From positions 1 to 54,914 of the forward strand of contig JAAENG010000424.1 of the NCBI GenBank assembly GCA_024224665.1: a stretch of 54,914 nt of DNA, given 5' to 3'. Within the stretch, counting starts at the first letter, position 1. Every line of letters starts with the position of its first letter. Below, piece by piece: positions 28,406 to 37,273 of this stretch. This DNA is from Chloroflexota bacterium. Lineage in GTDB: Bacteria > Chloroflexota > Anaerolineae > J102. Position numbers and translations under genes: made by a program. The notes beneath the pieces are model-generated. The model was not told the origin of the DNA. It searched no databases and saw only the letters and a program-made list of their open reading frames with translations.

Positions 28406-31400
28406 CTACGATATTTCCAGACAACCGGTTCCGTGCATTGCTTGCAACTGGTCTAGCAACTCATCACAACACCGCGTGGTGTCGTTAGGAAAATCCAGCT
28501 CTACCGTACCTCGAGCATCGTTCACCACCAGAAGAAAGCGATCCTGCCCTTCGTATTGTCGGAATAGTTGAACTGTTTCGACCAAACGTCGATTGTCGTC
28601 TTTGTCGGCACCTAACGAGAATTTGAGACGCAGCATACGCGGGGATGGCGTCTCATGGGGTTGTTCGGCGATGCCGTTGGAGCCAGTATGGCCGGTTGGT
28701 CTATCACTCTCAGGTGGGGGGGCATTCCCACCACTATCGGTCGAAAACCAGGGCGGATCCTCTTCATCTGCCGGCTCCGGGGGATATTCTTCGGAAGGTG
28801 GCTCTTCTGGGACCCATGAAGGTGGGGGGGGTGGACTGGCGAACTGTGGCAGGATATCGTCGGCTGCCACGGCGCGACTGAATGTGTCAGAGATATGATC
28901 TGCCAGCACACTGACCCGATCCTTGTGGCTTTCAATTTTACCTCGTACCAAAACGACGTTGCCTTCTTTCAAAAGATCGTCAGGTGTGGCTTCCAACGTG
29001 CGGGAAAAAATAGTCACGTCACAATTACCTTGCAGATCTTCCAATGTGGCGAAGGCCATTCGATTACCCTTTTTAGTGAAGATGGTGCGCATGCTGGCGA
29101 TCATTCCCGCCAAGACGACATCTCGACCTACTTTGTTTTCGGTGACCTCATTACACAGACAGGAAATTACATCTTTGTAATTGGCAGTCACTCGTTCTAG
29201 CGGATGTTCCGAGACATAGACACCCAATAATTCCTTCTCCCATCCCAGGCGTTCTCGCGTTGGCGCCGCTTCAAATGTCGGTGGCGGATCAAAGAGGTCT
29301 TGAGCACTATTTTTTTGCTCGGGCATATCGAACATGTCGAACAGACTGATTTGTCCCACATCACGCGCTTCCCAGGTGCTGATGGATAGCTGCATCATGC
29401 GGTCGATAATGGCCAACACCATCTCTCTGTCCTCGTAGGCATCAAATGCCCCGACCTTGATCAGGCACTCCAGCGCCCGTTTGTTGACCTTGCGCAAGTC
29501 AGCGCGTTCGCAGAAATCCTGTAGCGAGGTGAAAACACCCTCTTCACGGGCTCGTAGAATCTCTTCGACCGGCCCATGTCCCACATTCTTCACCGCTCCC
29601 AACCCAAAACGAATGGCCGATCCTTTTGGCGCCATGAAATCAAAAGCACTGCGCCCAAAAGTGGCGATATCGACCTCGACCAATCCTTCCCGGATAGCAA
29701 ATCCCAGGTCTGACTGATTGATATCGGGCGGCAATACAGCGATGCCCATCTTGCGACACTCCGTGATGAAGTTGGTCACCTTTTCCTGATTATCTAACTC
29801 GACCGTGAGCAATGCCGCCATGTATTCGACCGGATAATGCGTCTTCAGGTAGGCTGTTTGTACCGTGATGACGGCGTAGTCGGCGGCATGGCTATTATGA
29901 ACGAGGATATCATTGGCGACGAAATTATGGGTTCCCGGCACTTCGAGGTCGTAAGTTTGTTTTTCGCCGACATACTCAATCTCTGCGATTTTATCCCAAT
30001 AGAGATCGTTATTCGCATAGTCGTGTTGATTTCCCTTCTTAAAATGAAGTGTAGACCGGCTGTTTGTGTCGCACTGAAAGTCAGGGTTCCTGGCAATGCC
30101 ATGAGGACAGCATTCACGTCCGCTAACACCAGTTTCTGTGCGAATGTATTTCCAGGTCATATTTGATTGGGATTTAACACCGCCAACAAGCTTGTCAGCA
30201 ATAACGGGATTGATATCTTGTGGACTCGACGATGCAGGCTGTCTTGAGTACAAGCTCTGGAGATCCGATTGTAAGTCAGGATCAAGAAAATAGATGCCGA
30301 TCCTTTCGGCAAATGCTGCGATATCCTCCTTACCACTGACAATAAGCTGATAACCGATTCCTCCCTCTTCGGATGGATACTCAACAATGCGTAATCGACT
30401 GATAATGCCCAGGCGTAATAGTAAATGCTGCAGTTGCCTGGCCATTCGCTCGGACGCAGTTGCATAAAAAAGATTACGTCTCGCAATACGAACCTGCCCA
30501 TCACCGGCCCACATACGGCTGATCAGGAGAGCAATTTGGCGGTTGTTCAGTTCGAATGCCGCTTCAGGGATCGCTTGCTCAGGTGCGTTTGTACCCCACA
30601 TACCAAGCGTTTGCGCCCAGGCGACGATACCCGATGGTTGACTGCGGTCAATTCGGTCGGTATGCGCCGCATAGGTATTCTTGTAGACAGTTACTGCACA
30701 TTGCACGTTGGAGAATTGTTCTGCAGCCCGGGCATAATCATCGCATTGGATTGCGTTCTGGCTGTGGATGCAGAACGACGTAGAATCGCAGAGACATCCT
30801 TCAGTCAGTAAGTGCCCTAATGCCACAACCTCATAATCCGGCCATTCTATTGTGCCTTCGACCGGAAGTGCCCGCGGGACCGCTATCTGGTCTCCAACCT
30901 GTAAATCATCGAGTTCGCGCCAGCCGCCAAATGTATAGAAGGGATGATTCCCCGTCGCTTCGATGCGGCGCCCCAAGGCAGTGGTCAAACGATAGACAGG
31001 TTTGATGCCGTTTTCCATCACTTTCGAAACGCGCCCTTTGCCCAATTTCAGTTCAGATAGATCGCATGTTATCGTGTGATCGAGGTGAGTGGTTTGCTGA
31101 TAAAGATCTGCCACTCGAAGCAATCGGCCTGTTGCTGCGTCCACGACTTCAACATCACCCGGCAGACATTTGTTGAAGCCATAATTAGCGAAATAAACGA
31201 TATCTTTGTAGATCTTGTCCGCGGCTGCGCGGGGAATGCCTCGCTCCACCGCCCCCTCGATGAATTTTACCTGATGCGTGGCCATCTCCTTTTCTTTTTT
31301 CTTGGCCACAGCCCGACGCATTAGATCCGCCTCACCAGGTGTGTAACCGGCCAACTGCGATGCGATTTGGATGATCTGTTCTTGGTAGACGATGATGCCG

Positions 31401-33448
31401 TAGGTTTCGGCTAGGATTGATTCCAAAGCCTGATGTGCGTAGATCACCTTTTGCTTGCCATGCATACGTTCCACATAGTCGGGAATATATTGCATGGGAC
31501 CGGGTCGATACAGGGAAATGGTGGCAACGATCTGTTCGAATTTGGTGGGTTGCATGCCTCGCAACACCCGGCGCATACCCTCTGACTCAACCTGGAATAC
31601 ACCGGTCACCTCACCCGATGTCAACAGCTCGTAGCTACGAGGATCGTCGGTGGGGATGTTGTCGAGGGTGTAACTTTTGCCATGCCGTTTTTGAATCAGT
31701 TCAGCTGCCACGCGCATGATCGTCAACGTAGATAAACCCAGAAAATCCAGCTTGAGCAGCCCCAATGATTCCAGAACCGGATAGGAATATTGAGTGATGT
31801 AATCGCGCAGACCCTTGTTGGGGGATCGGCGCAGGGGTGTGTAATGGACCAGGGGCTTATCCGCTACGATCACAGCTGCGGGATGGATGCTGACGTGCCG
31901 GGCGACACCTTCCAGTTTTTGTGCTGTATCGATGAGCTCGCGCGTGCGTTTGTCCCGATCGTAGAGCATACGCAGCTCCTTGACCTCCTCCAATCCCTTT
32001 TTTATCGTGACTTTGGGTCCTCCGGGGATCAACTTTGCGATAGAGTCCACATCGTCCAATGGTACTTCCATCACCCGGGCAACATCACGAACACTCCCCC
32101 GCGCTTTCATGGTCCCGAACACCACGATCTGGGCGACCTGATCTCCACCATATTTTTGGATCGTATATTCGATCATCTGATCGCGCTGATCGTCGGGATA
32201 GTCCAAGTCGAAATCGGGCATGCTGACACGGCCAGGATTGAGGAAGCGCTCGAAAATCAGGTTATTGGACAGGGGATCTAGCTGGGTAATACCGACGGCA
32301 TGGGCCACCAGCGATCCTGCACCCGACCCGCGTACGTTCCACCAGATGTTGCGCCGGCGAGCGTATTCACATAGATCCCATACGATCAGGAAATAGGTGT
32401 CGAAACCCATCTGATGGATGATCTTCAACTCATGCTCTTTGCGCGTCTGGATATCCGCTTCACCGACACGGCTGCCATAGCGCTGTTTCAGGCCATCCTC
32501 CACCAAATGTCGCAGGTAGGCTTCGGCCGTGAAACCGGTGGGTACATCAAAATTTGGGAGATGGTAGCCGGTGGGGCTCAGATCCACTTCGCACATCTCG
32601 GCGATTTTCAAAGTGTTTGTGAACACACTAGTAGGAAGATCGGCCAATGGGCGGAAAAGATCTTCCATTTCGGCACGTGACTTTAAAAAGTAGCCCCCGT
32701 CCGACATACGCATGCGGTTTGTCGCATTGATACTGCTGCTCGTCTGTACACACAGCAAGATATCATGTGGCGTCGCGTCTTCGGCCCTGACATAATGGAC
32801 ATCATTGGTTGCCACCATGCCCACGCCATATTTATGCGACCACTCCAGCAGGGTTTTGTTAATGCCATGCAGGGAGGGTATCGAATGTTCCTGTAATTCG
32901 ATGTAAAAACGATCTTTGCCAAAGACATCGAGGTACCAATGCAACCGTTCCCGCGCCAGTTTTGGATCTGGTGCTCGACTTTCGTCATTGAGATAGTAAG
33001 GCACTTCACCAGCCATGCAACCGCTGGTACAAATGAGCCCCTCACTGTATTGGGCCAGGAAATCGGCGTCGACACGTGGGCGATAGTAATAGCCTTGCAA
33101 TTCTGCAGCGGAAACGATCTTGAGCAAGTTGCTGTAACCGGTTTGGTTCTGCGCCAATAGCAATAAGTGGTGCCTATCCCGATCGAGCTGCGAATCTCGG
33201 CCTGACATCGGGCGACCCCACCTGGTCATGTACGCCTCGACGCCGATGATGGGCTTGATGCCAGCGGCGGTGGCGGCATTGTAAAAATCGATGGCGCCAT
33301 GCATGCTGCCATGGTCGGTCAGCGCCAGGGCGGGCTGGCCCAGTTCTTGGGCGCGGGCAATCAGATCTTTGATTTTGCTCAAGCCATCGAGTAGCGAATA
33401 CTCGCTATGGACATGTAGGTGGACGAATTCTTGTTGGGGAGCACTCAT
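28406..33448 (-). CDS. dnaE: DNA polymerase III alpha subunit (DnaE) containing an intein
   Basis: PHP domain (FVHLHVHSEYSLLDG), palm/fingers (GRVSMPDFDLDY, VFQVES, LYRPGP, YGFNK...SHAADYA) and an OB fold. The ORF opens at GTG 33517; ATG 33448 fits the usual N-terminus better. Confidence 0.9.
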   Translation of the reverse strand: MSAPQQEFVHLHVHSEYSLLDGLSKIKDLIARAQELGQPALALTDHGSMHGAIDFYNAATAAGIKPIIGVEAYMTRWGRPMSGRDSQLDRDRHHLLLLAQNQTGYSNLLKIVSAAELQGYYYRPRVDADFLAQYSEGLICTSGCMAGEVPYYLNDESRAPDPKLARERLHWYLDVFGKDRFYIELQEHSIPSLHGINKTLLEWSHKYGVGMVATNDVHYVRAEDATPHDILLCVQTSSSINATNRMRMSDGGYFLKSRAEMEDLFRPLADLPTSVFTNTLKIAEMCEVDLSPTGYHLPNFDVPTGFTAEAYLRHLVEDGLKQRYGSRVGEADIQTRKEHELKIIHQMGFDTYFLIVWDLCEYARRRNIWWNVRGSGAGSLVAHAVGITQLDPLSNNLIFERFLNPGRVSMPDFDLDYPDDQRDQMIEYTIQKYGGDQVAQIVVFGTMKARGSVRDVARVMEVPLDDVDSIAKLIPGGPKVTIKKGLEEVKELRMLYDRDKRTRELIDTAQKLEGVARHVSIHPAAVIVADKPLVHYTPLRRSPNKGLRDYITQYSYPVLESLGLLKLDFLGLSTLTIMRVAAELIQKRHGKSYTLDNIPTDDPRSYELLTSGEVTGVFQVESEGMRRVLRGMQPTKFEQIVATISLYRPGPMQYIPDYVERMHGKQKVIYAHQALESILAETYGIIVYQEQIIQIASQLAGYTPGEADLMRRAVAKKKEKEMATHQVKFIEGAVERGIPRAAADKIYKDIVYFANYGFNKCLPGDVEVVDAATGRLLRVADLYQQTTHLDHTITCDLSELKLGKGRVSKVMENGIKPVYRLTTALGRRIEATGNHPFYTFGGWRELDDLQVGDQIAVPRALPVEGTIEWPDYEVVALGHLLTEGCLCDSTSFCIHSQNAIQCDDYARAAEQFSNVQCAVTVYKNTYAAHTDRIDRSQPSGIVAWAQTLGMWGTNAPEQAIPEAAFELNNRQIALLISRMWAGDGQVRIARRNLFYATASERMARQLQHLLLRLGIISRLRIVEYPSEEGGIGYQLIVSGKEDIAAFAERIGIYFLDPDLQSDLQSLYSRQPASSSPQDINPVIADKLVGGVKSQSNMTWKYIRTETGVSGRECCPHGIARNPDFQCDTNSRSTLHFKKGNQHDYANNDLYWDKIAEIEYVGEKQTYDLEVPGTHNFVANDILVHNSHAADYAVITVQTAYLKTHYPVEYMAALLTVELDNQEKVTNFITECRKMGIAVLPPDINQSDLGFAIREGLVEVDIATFGRSAFDFMAPKGSAIRFGLGAVKNVGHGPVEEILRAREEGVFTSLQDFCERADLRKVNKRALECLIKVGAFDAYEDREMVLAIIDRMMQLSISTWEARDVGQISLFDMFDMPEQKNSAQDLFDPPPTFEAAPTRERLGWEKELLGVYVSEHPLERVTANYKDVISCLCNEVTENKVGRDVVLAGMIASMRTIFTKKGNRMAFATLEDLQGNCDVTIFSRTLEATPDDLLKEGNVVLVRGKIESHKDRVSVLADHISDTFSRAVAADDILPQFASPPPPPSWVPEEPPSEEYPPEPADEEDPPWFSTDSGGNAPPPESDRPTGHTGSNGIAEQPHETPSPRMLRLKFSLGADKDDNRRLVETVQLFRQYEGQDRFLLVVNDARGTVELDFPNDTTRCCDELLDQLQAMHGTGCLEIS
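29894..31168 (-). mobile_element. Intein (425 aa) with LAGLIDADG-like homing-endonuclease motifs, inserted in DnaE
   Basis: Starts at Cys1 (CLPGDVEVVD). Contains TGNH (block B), LGHLLTEGCL and LISRMWAGDGQV, and YDLEVPGTHNFVAN. Ends in HN followed by Ser+1. Excision restores GFNKSH. Confidence 0.85.
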
Positions 33449-33610
33449 AGGAAGGTGTGGGGGAGATGAGTGAAGGGCGACGATTGAGTGATTATAACGT
33501 TCTGCGACTGCACTCACAACCTGACCGGAACGCGCGTTCTAGCCATCGGTTTACGCGAATTACCGTCGTAGACGCACAGTCTCTACGATATATCGTGGCA
33601 TATGACGGCC

Positions 33611-33655
33611 TAAAAATAAAATCACCGATCTGCAATTTTAAGGCAGATCGGCGAT
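33611..33655 (-). terminator. Intrinsic terminator of the glgC/glgD-like operon
   Basis: Minus strand reads ATCGCCGATCTGC-CTTAAAATT-GCAGATCGGTGAT followed by TTTATTTTTA. Confidence 0.6.
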
Positions 33656-33807
33656 CCCGGTGATTTTAGAAGTGTGCTGCCCCCTGAACAGATTTGTTAG
33701 CAAAGATTGCTGTGTGGATTGCTTGCCCAATCTTCAATCGTTGTTCATATTGTGAGCGTTGCACTGAATCTCATGAAATCTGGAGATGGCACAGCAAAAT
33801 GGTCGAT

Positions 33808-35058
33808 CTATGAGATAGTTTCTCCACTCACCACTTCGTTGACAGTAAACTGCTCAGGGGCAGTGCCAGCCGTTACCACCACATTGCGTCCAAGATGAAC
33901 GGTGTCCGGGACGTGCGCTCCTCTGCCTATCAGAGTTATGCCTGTGTTGAGGATGTCGGGGAGAGTGGTATTGGGGATATTGTTATCGCCTGCACCTATC
34001 CTGGCGTTTGCACCTATGACGACATTTTTATCGAGTATCGCCCGATTGATAATAGCGCCATCGCCAATACTCGTATCGTTCATAATGATACTGTCTTGCA
34101 CTTCGGCATCGGGCCCGATATACACACCTGGGCCAATGACAGAGCGATAGACTTTGCCTTCGATTCTGGCGCCGTCACTGAGAAGGTTGCCGCCAATTTG
34201 GGCGTTGGAGCCCAGCCAAACCGGGGGGTATTGCTGCGAGCGCGTATGAATTACCCAGCGCTGATCCGAAAGATCTAATGCGGGGATGTCCGATAACAGG
34301 GCCATGTTGGCTTCATAATAGGCAGGAACGGTACCGACATTGGTCCAATAACCCTCAAATTCATAAGCGTAGACTCGTTTGCGTTTCACCAACCTGGGCA
34401 TAAATTCACCGCCCAGATGCGTAAATTTCTTTCCGGAATCTGTTAGCCAATCATGCAATACTCCGGCACTGAATACATAAATACCCATGCTGGCCAGCGT
34501 CGAGCGCGTACGCCTTGGCTTCTCTTCGAAACGAGTCATGCGGCCGTCGGTATCCGTTGTCACCATGCCGAAGCGATGTGTTTGATAAGGACCCACCGCT
34601 CGTACAGCAACTGTAACATCTGCCCGTCGCTGTTGGTGAAACTCGAGCATAGGGCGGTAATTCATTTTATAGATGTGGTTGCCCGAAAGAAGAAGCACCT
34701 GATCGGCCCGGCTTTCGCGTATGACGTCGAGGTTGAAACGTACGGCATCGGCTGACCCCTCTTGCCAGGCGCCACTTTCCTCGGCGCTACTCTGATAGGG
34801 TTGCAGCAAACGCACCCCTCCTTCTGTCCGATCCAGATCCCAAGGTTTGCCCGCGCGGATATGGTCGTTCAAAGAGCGCGGCATGTATTGCGTGAGCACA
34901 GCAATGTTATAGATCTCCGAATTGACGCAATTGGAGAGTGGAAAATCAATGACCCGGTACTTGCCACCGAAGGGGATGGAGGCTTCTGCGCGACGGGCAG
35001 TCAGGGTACTCAAACCGGGGGCAGCGCCGCCTGCAAGGATCATGGCGAGAACGCTCAT
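33808..35058 (-). CDS. glgD: Glucose-1-phosphate adenylyltransferase paralog with degenerate catalytic residues (GlgD-like)
   Basis: Colinear with GlgC, but GGEGSRL reads GGAAPGL, RAKPSV reads RAEASI, and SGDHIYK reads SGNHIYK. ATGA overlap with the upstream glgC. Confidence 0.75.
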   Translation of the reverse strand: MSVLAMILAGGAAPGLSTLTARRAEASIPFGGKYRVIDFPLSNCVNSEIYNIAVLTQYMPRSLNDHIRAGKPWDLDRTEGGVRLLQPYQSSAEESGAWQEGSADAVRFNLDVIRESRADQVLLLSGNHIYKMNYRPMLEFHQQRRADVTVAVRAVGPYQTHRFGMVTTDTDGRMTRFEEKPRRTRSTLASMGIYVFSAGVLHDWLTDSGKKFTHLGGEFMPRLVKRKRVYAYEFEGYWTNVGTVPAYYEANMALLSDIPALDLSDQRWVIHTRSQQYPPVWLGSNAQIGGNLLSDGARIEGKVYRSVIGPGVYIGPDAEVQDSIIMNDTSIGDGAIINRAILDKNVVIGANARIGAGDNNIPNTTLPDILNTGITLIGRGAHVPDTVHLGRNVVVTAGTAPEQFTVNEVVSGETIS

Positions 35059-36404
35059 GTTGTTTTCTCCTCTGCTGCTTCGATTTCGCCATCTAAGGTG
35101 GGCGAGGGTGTAACGGGAGGGGAAGATTGGGGGATATCGACTTTGCCGGGGGCTAAGGTCGAACCACTGGGAATGCAGTCGTAGCCAGCAGCATCATCTT
35201 CATCGACACCAGTCTGTACAAGCACATTTCGGCCGATCCTGATGTTGGCGGGAAGGTGCGCACCCTTGCCGATAACGGTGATGCCTGTGTCCAGCTTGTC
35301 AGGCAGTAACTGGTTGGGTATCAGATCGTCTCCATAGCCAATTTGAGCGCCGGAGCCGATCATGACTTGTTTGTCGACGACTGCACGCTCTACGATGGCG
35401 CCGGGACCAATCCAAGTGTCATTCATGATAACTGACTCTTGAACTACAGCACCGGGTGAAACATAGACCCCGGGAGAGAGCACAGAATGTTCTACCCGCC
35501 CGTGAATAACACAACCATTGCTCACCAATGAACGAATGACCTGGCCCTGGGCGCTACACCTCACCGGTGGCCGTTCCTGACTACGGGTTCTTATCACGAA
35601 GTTCGGGTCCCACAGATTGAGAGGGCTATCAGGATCACAGAGTTCGAGAGATGTTTGCCAGTAAGCATCGACGGTTCCGACGTCGACCCAATAGTCGTCG
35701 AATTGATAGGCATAAACCTTGTCCCTCTCAATCATGCCGGGAATGATGTGATTCCCGAAATCCAGATTGGGTTCTAATTCGTGCTCTTGTTGTAAACGCC
35801 TGGCCAGCGTGTCCACATCGAATATGTAGATGCCCATGCTGGCCAATGTCCCCTTATCTCGCTTTTTCGGTTTTTCGTGAAATTCGGTGATCCTTTCGTT
35901 CTTATTGGTGGTCATGATACCGAAACGATCGGTTTCTTCTAGCGGCACATTCATGACCGCGACCGTCAGATCGGCATCTTTTTCTTCATGATGGGCGATC
36001 ATTTCCCGATAATCCATTTTGTAGATATGATCGCCCGATAAAATGATAACCAGGTCCGCATCACGATTGAATAGATAATCAAGATTCTGGTAGACGGCGT
36101 CGGCGGTCCCCTGGTACCATCCCTGTGAGCCGCGGGCAAGGTAGGGTTGCAGCAGACGAACACCGCCTCGTACCCGATCTAGATCCCAAGGCTTCCCGAT
36201 ACCGATGTGTTCATTCAGTGAATGCGGCCGGTACTGGGTGAGAATGGCGACATCGTAAATCTGAGAATTGATGCAATTGGACAGGGGGAAATCGATAATA
36301 CGGTATTTTCCGGCAAAGGGGACCGATGGCTTGGCGCGATGCGCCGAGAAAACAGTCAAACGTGATCCTTCACCACCGGCCATAATCATTGCCACCACAC
36401 GCAT
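35055..36404 (-). CDS. glgC: Glucose-1-phosphate adenylyltransferase
   Basis: [50 protein letters not shown] and a left-handed beta-helix C-terminus. ATG 36404 lies 7 nt after GAGG; the ORF opens at GTG 36410. Confidence 0.85.
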   Translation of the reverse strand: MRVVAMIMAGGEGSRLTVFSAHRAKPSVPFAGKYRIIDFPLSNCINSQIYDVAILTQYRPHSLNEHIGIGKPWDLDRVRGGVRLLQPYLARGSQGWYQGTADAVYQNLDYLFNRDADLVIILSGDHIYKMDYREMIAHHEEKDADLTVAVMNVPLEETDRFGIMTTNKNERITEFHEKPKKRDKGTLASMGIYIFDVDTLARRLQQEHELEPNLDFGNHIIPGMIERDKVYAYQFDDYWVDVGTVDAYWQTSLELCDPDSPLNLWDPNFVIRTRSQERPPVRCSAQGQVIRSLVSNGCVIHGRVEHSVLSPGVYVSPGAVVQESVIMNDTWIGPGAIVERAVVDKQVMIGSGAQIGYGDDLIPNQLLPDKLDTGITVIGKGAHLPANIRIGRNVLVQTGVDEDDAAGYDCIPSGSTLAPGKVDIPQSSPPVTPSPTLDGEIEAAEEKTT

Positions 36405-36654
36405 AAACACACCTCGACTGGAACAAAGATATTGAGAGAGATCGACAAAAAAACGGGGGACATGATTAGAGTAACAAATAGGGGAGGATGCCGCAAGAAT
36501 TTACCCACGTTAGGGTGTGCGTCACATCTCTGGATTGACATTTTGTAAAGATGTGGGACGCTGATTCTGAACCACGCCATAAACCGGAATTAGTCATCCA
36601 GTGGGGATCAGAAAATCAACTGCCTGGATTTCCGATATTAGGAAGTCTGGCAAT

Positions 36655-36683
36655 TTGCAATTCATGATATTTTGGCGTAGAGT
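36655..36683 (+). promoter_or_regulatory. Putative promoter of the small SEC-C-motif gene
   Basis: TTGCAA, 17-nt spacer, TAGAGT. Confidence 0.4.
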
Positions 36684-36726
36684 CTGACGGTTTGTGCCAA
36701 AAACAATCACCTAATAGGATAATCGT

Positions 36727-36864
36727 ATGTTAAAGTTTCTGAATCGCACTCAGCGTCCACAGCCCGAAACCCTGTCACGCTGGGGACGAAATGACGAGTG
36801 TTGGTGCGGTAGTGGTAAGAAGTACAAGCATTGCCACATGGCCAAAGACACCGCCAAGAAGTAG
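36727..36864 (+). CDS. Small (45 aa) SEC-C-motif metal-binding protein
   Basis: Hand translation: [45 protein letters not shown]. [13 protein letters not shown] is the SecA C-terminal zinc motif. It is below the 60-aa cutoff of the ORF track. Confidence 0.6.
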   Translation: MLKFLNRTQRPQPETLSRWGRNDECWCGSGKKYKHCHMAKDTAKK

Positions 36865-36876
36865 TACAACTTCTCC

Positions 36877-36911
36877 GCAGAAGCCGGTTCGCATGATGAG
36901 CCGGCTTCTGC
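36877..36911 (+). terminator. Perfect 11-bp hairpin downstream of the SEC-C-motif ORF
   Basis: GCAGAAGCCGG-12 nt-CCGGCTTCTGC. No clear T tract follows. Confidence 0.4.
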
Positions 36912-37273
36912 GCGCCCGGATATTACCGTTTTACAACCCTTTACCGTGACAGTGGGCGCCACCGAGGCAAACGTACAACCTGGGGAGGACGTTCTAACAT
37001 TCGGGAAAAACCCATCAATCTGGTCACAGAACTGGGCGTCGGCTATCGCTCTATCCCACCCTGTGAAGCCGACTCCGACCTTTGGTGCTCAATCATTTAC
37101 AAAGTTGTGGTAGGTACCGGGTCTTGAGTTTTCTTGAGCGGCTCGTGTGTAACTGATGGTGGGGAAACGTTCCCGCGATGGGGTCGATTTGCGCGGGACC
37201 CAGTTCGATTAGGAGCCAGAACCCAAAGCTATCAATTATCGCCACTTTGACAACGTTGGTGTACACTCCCCAC

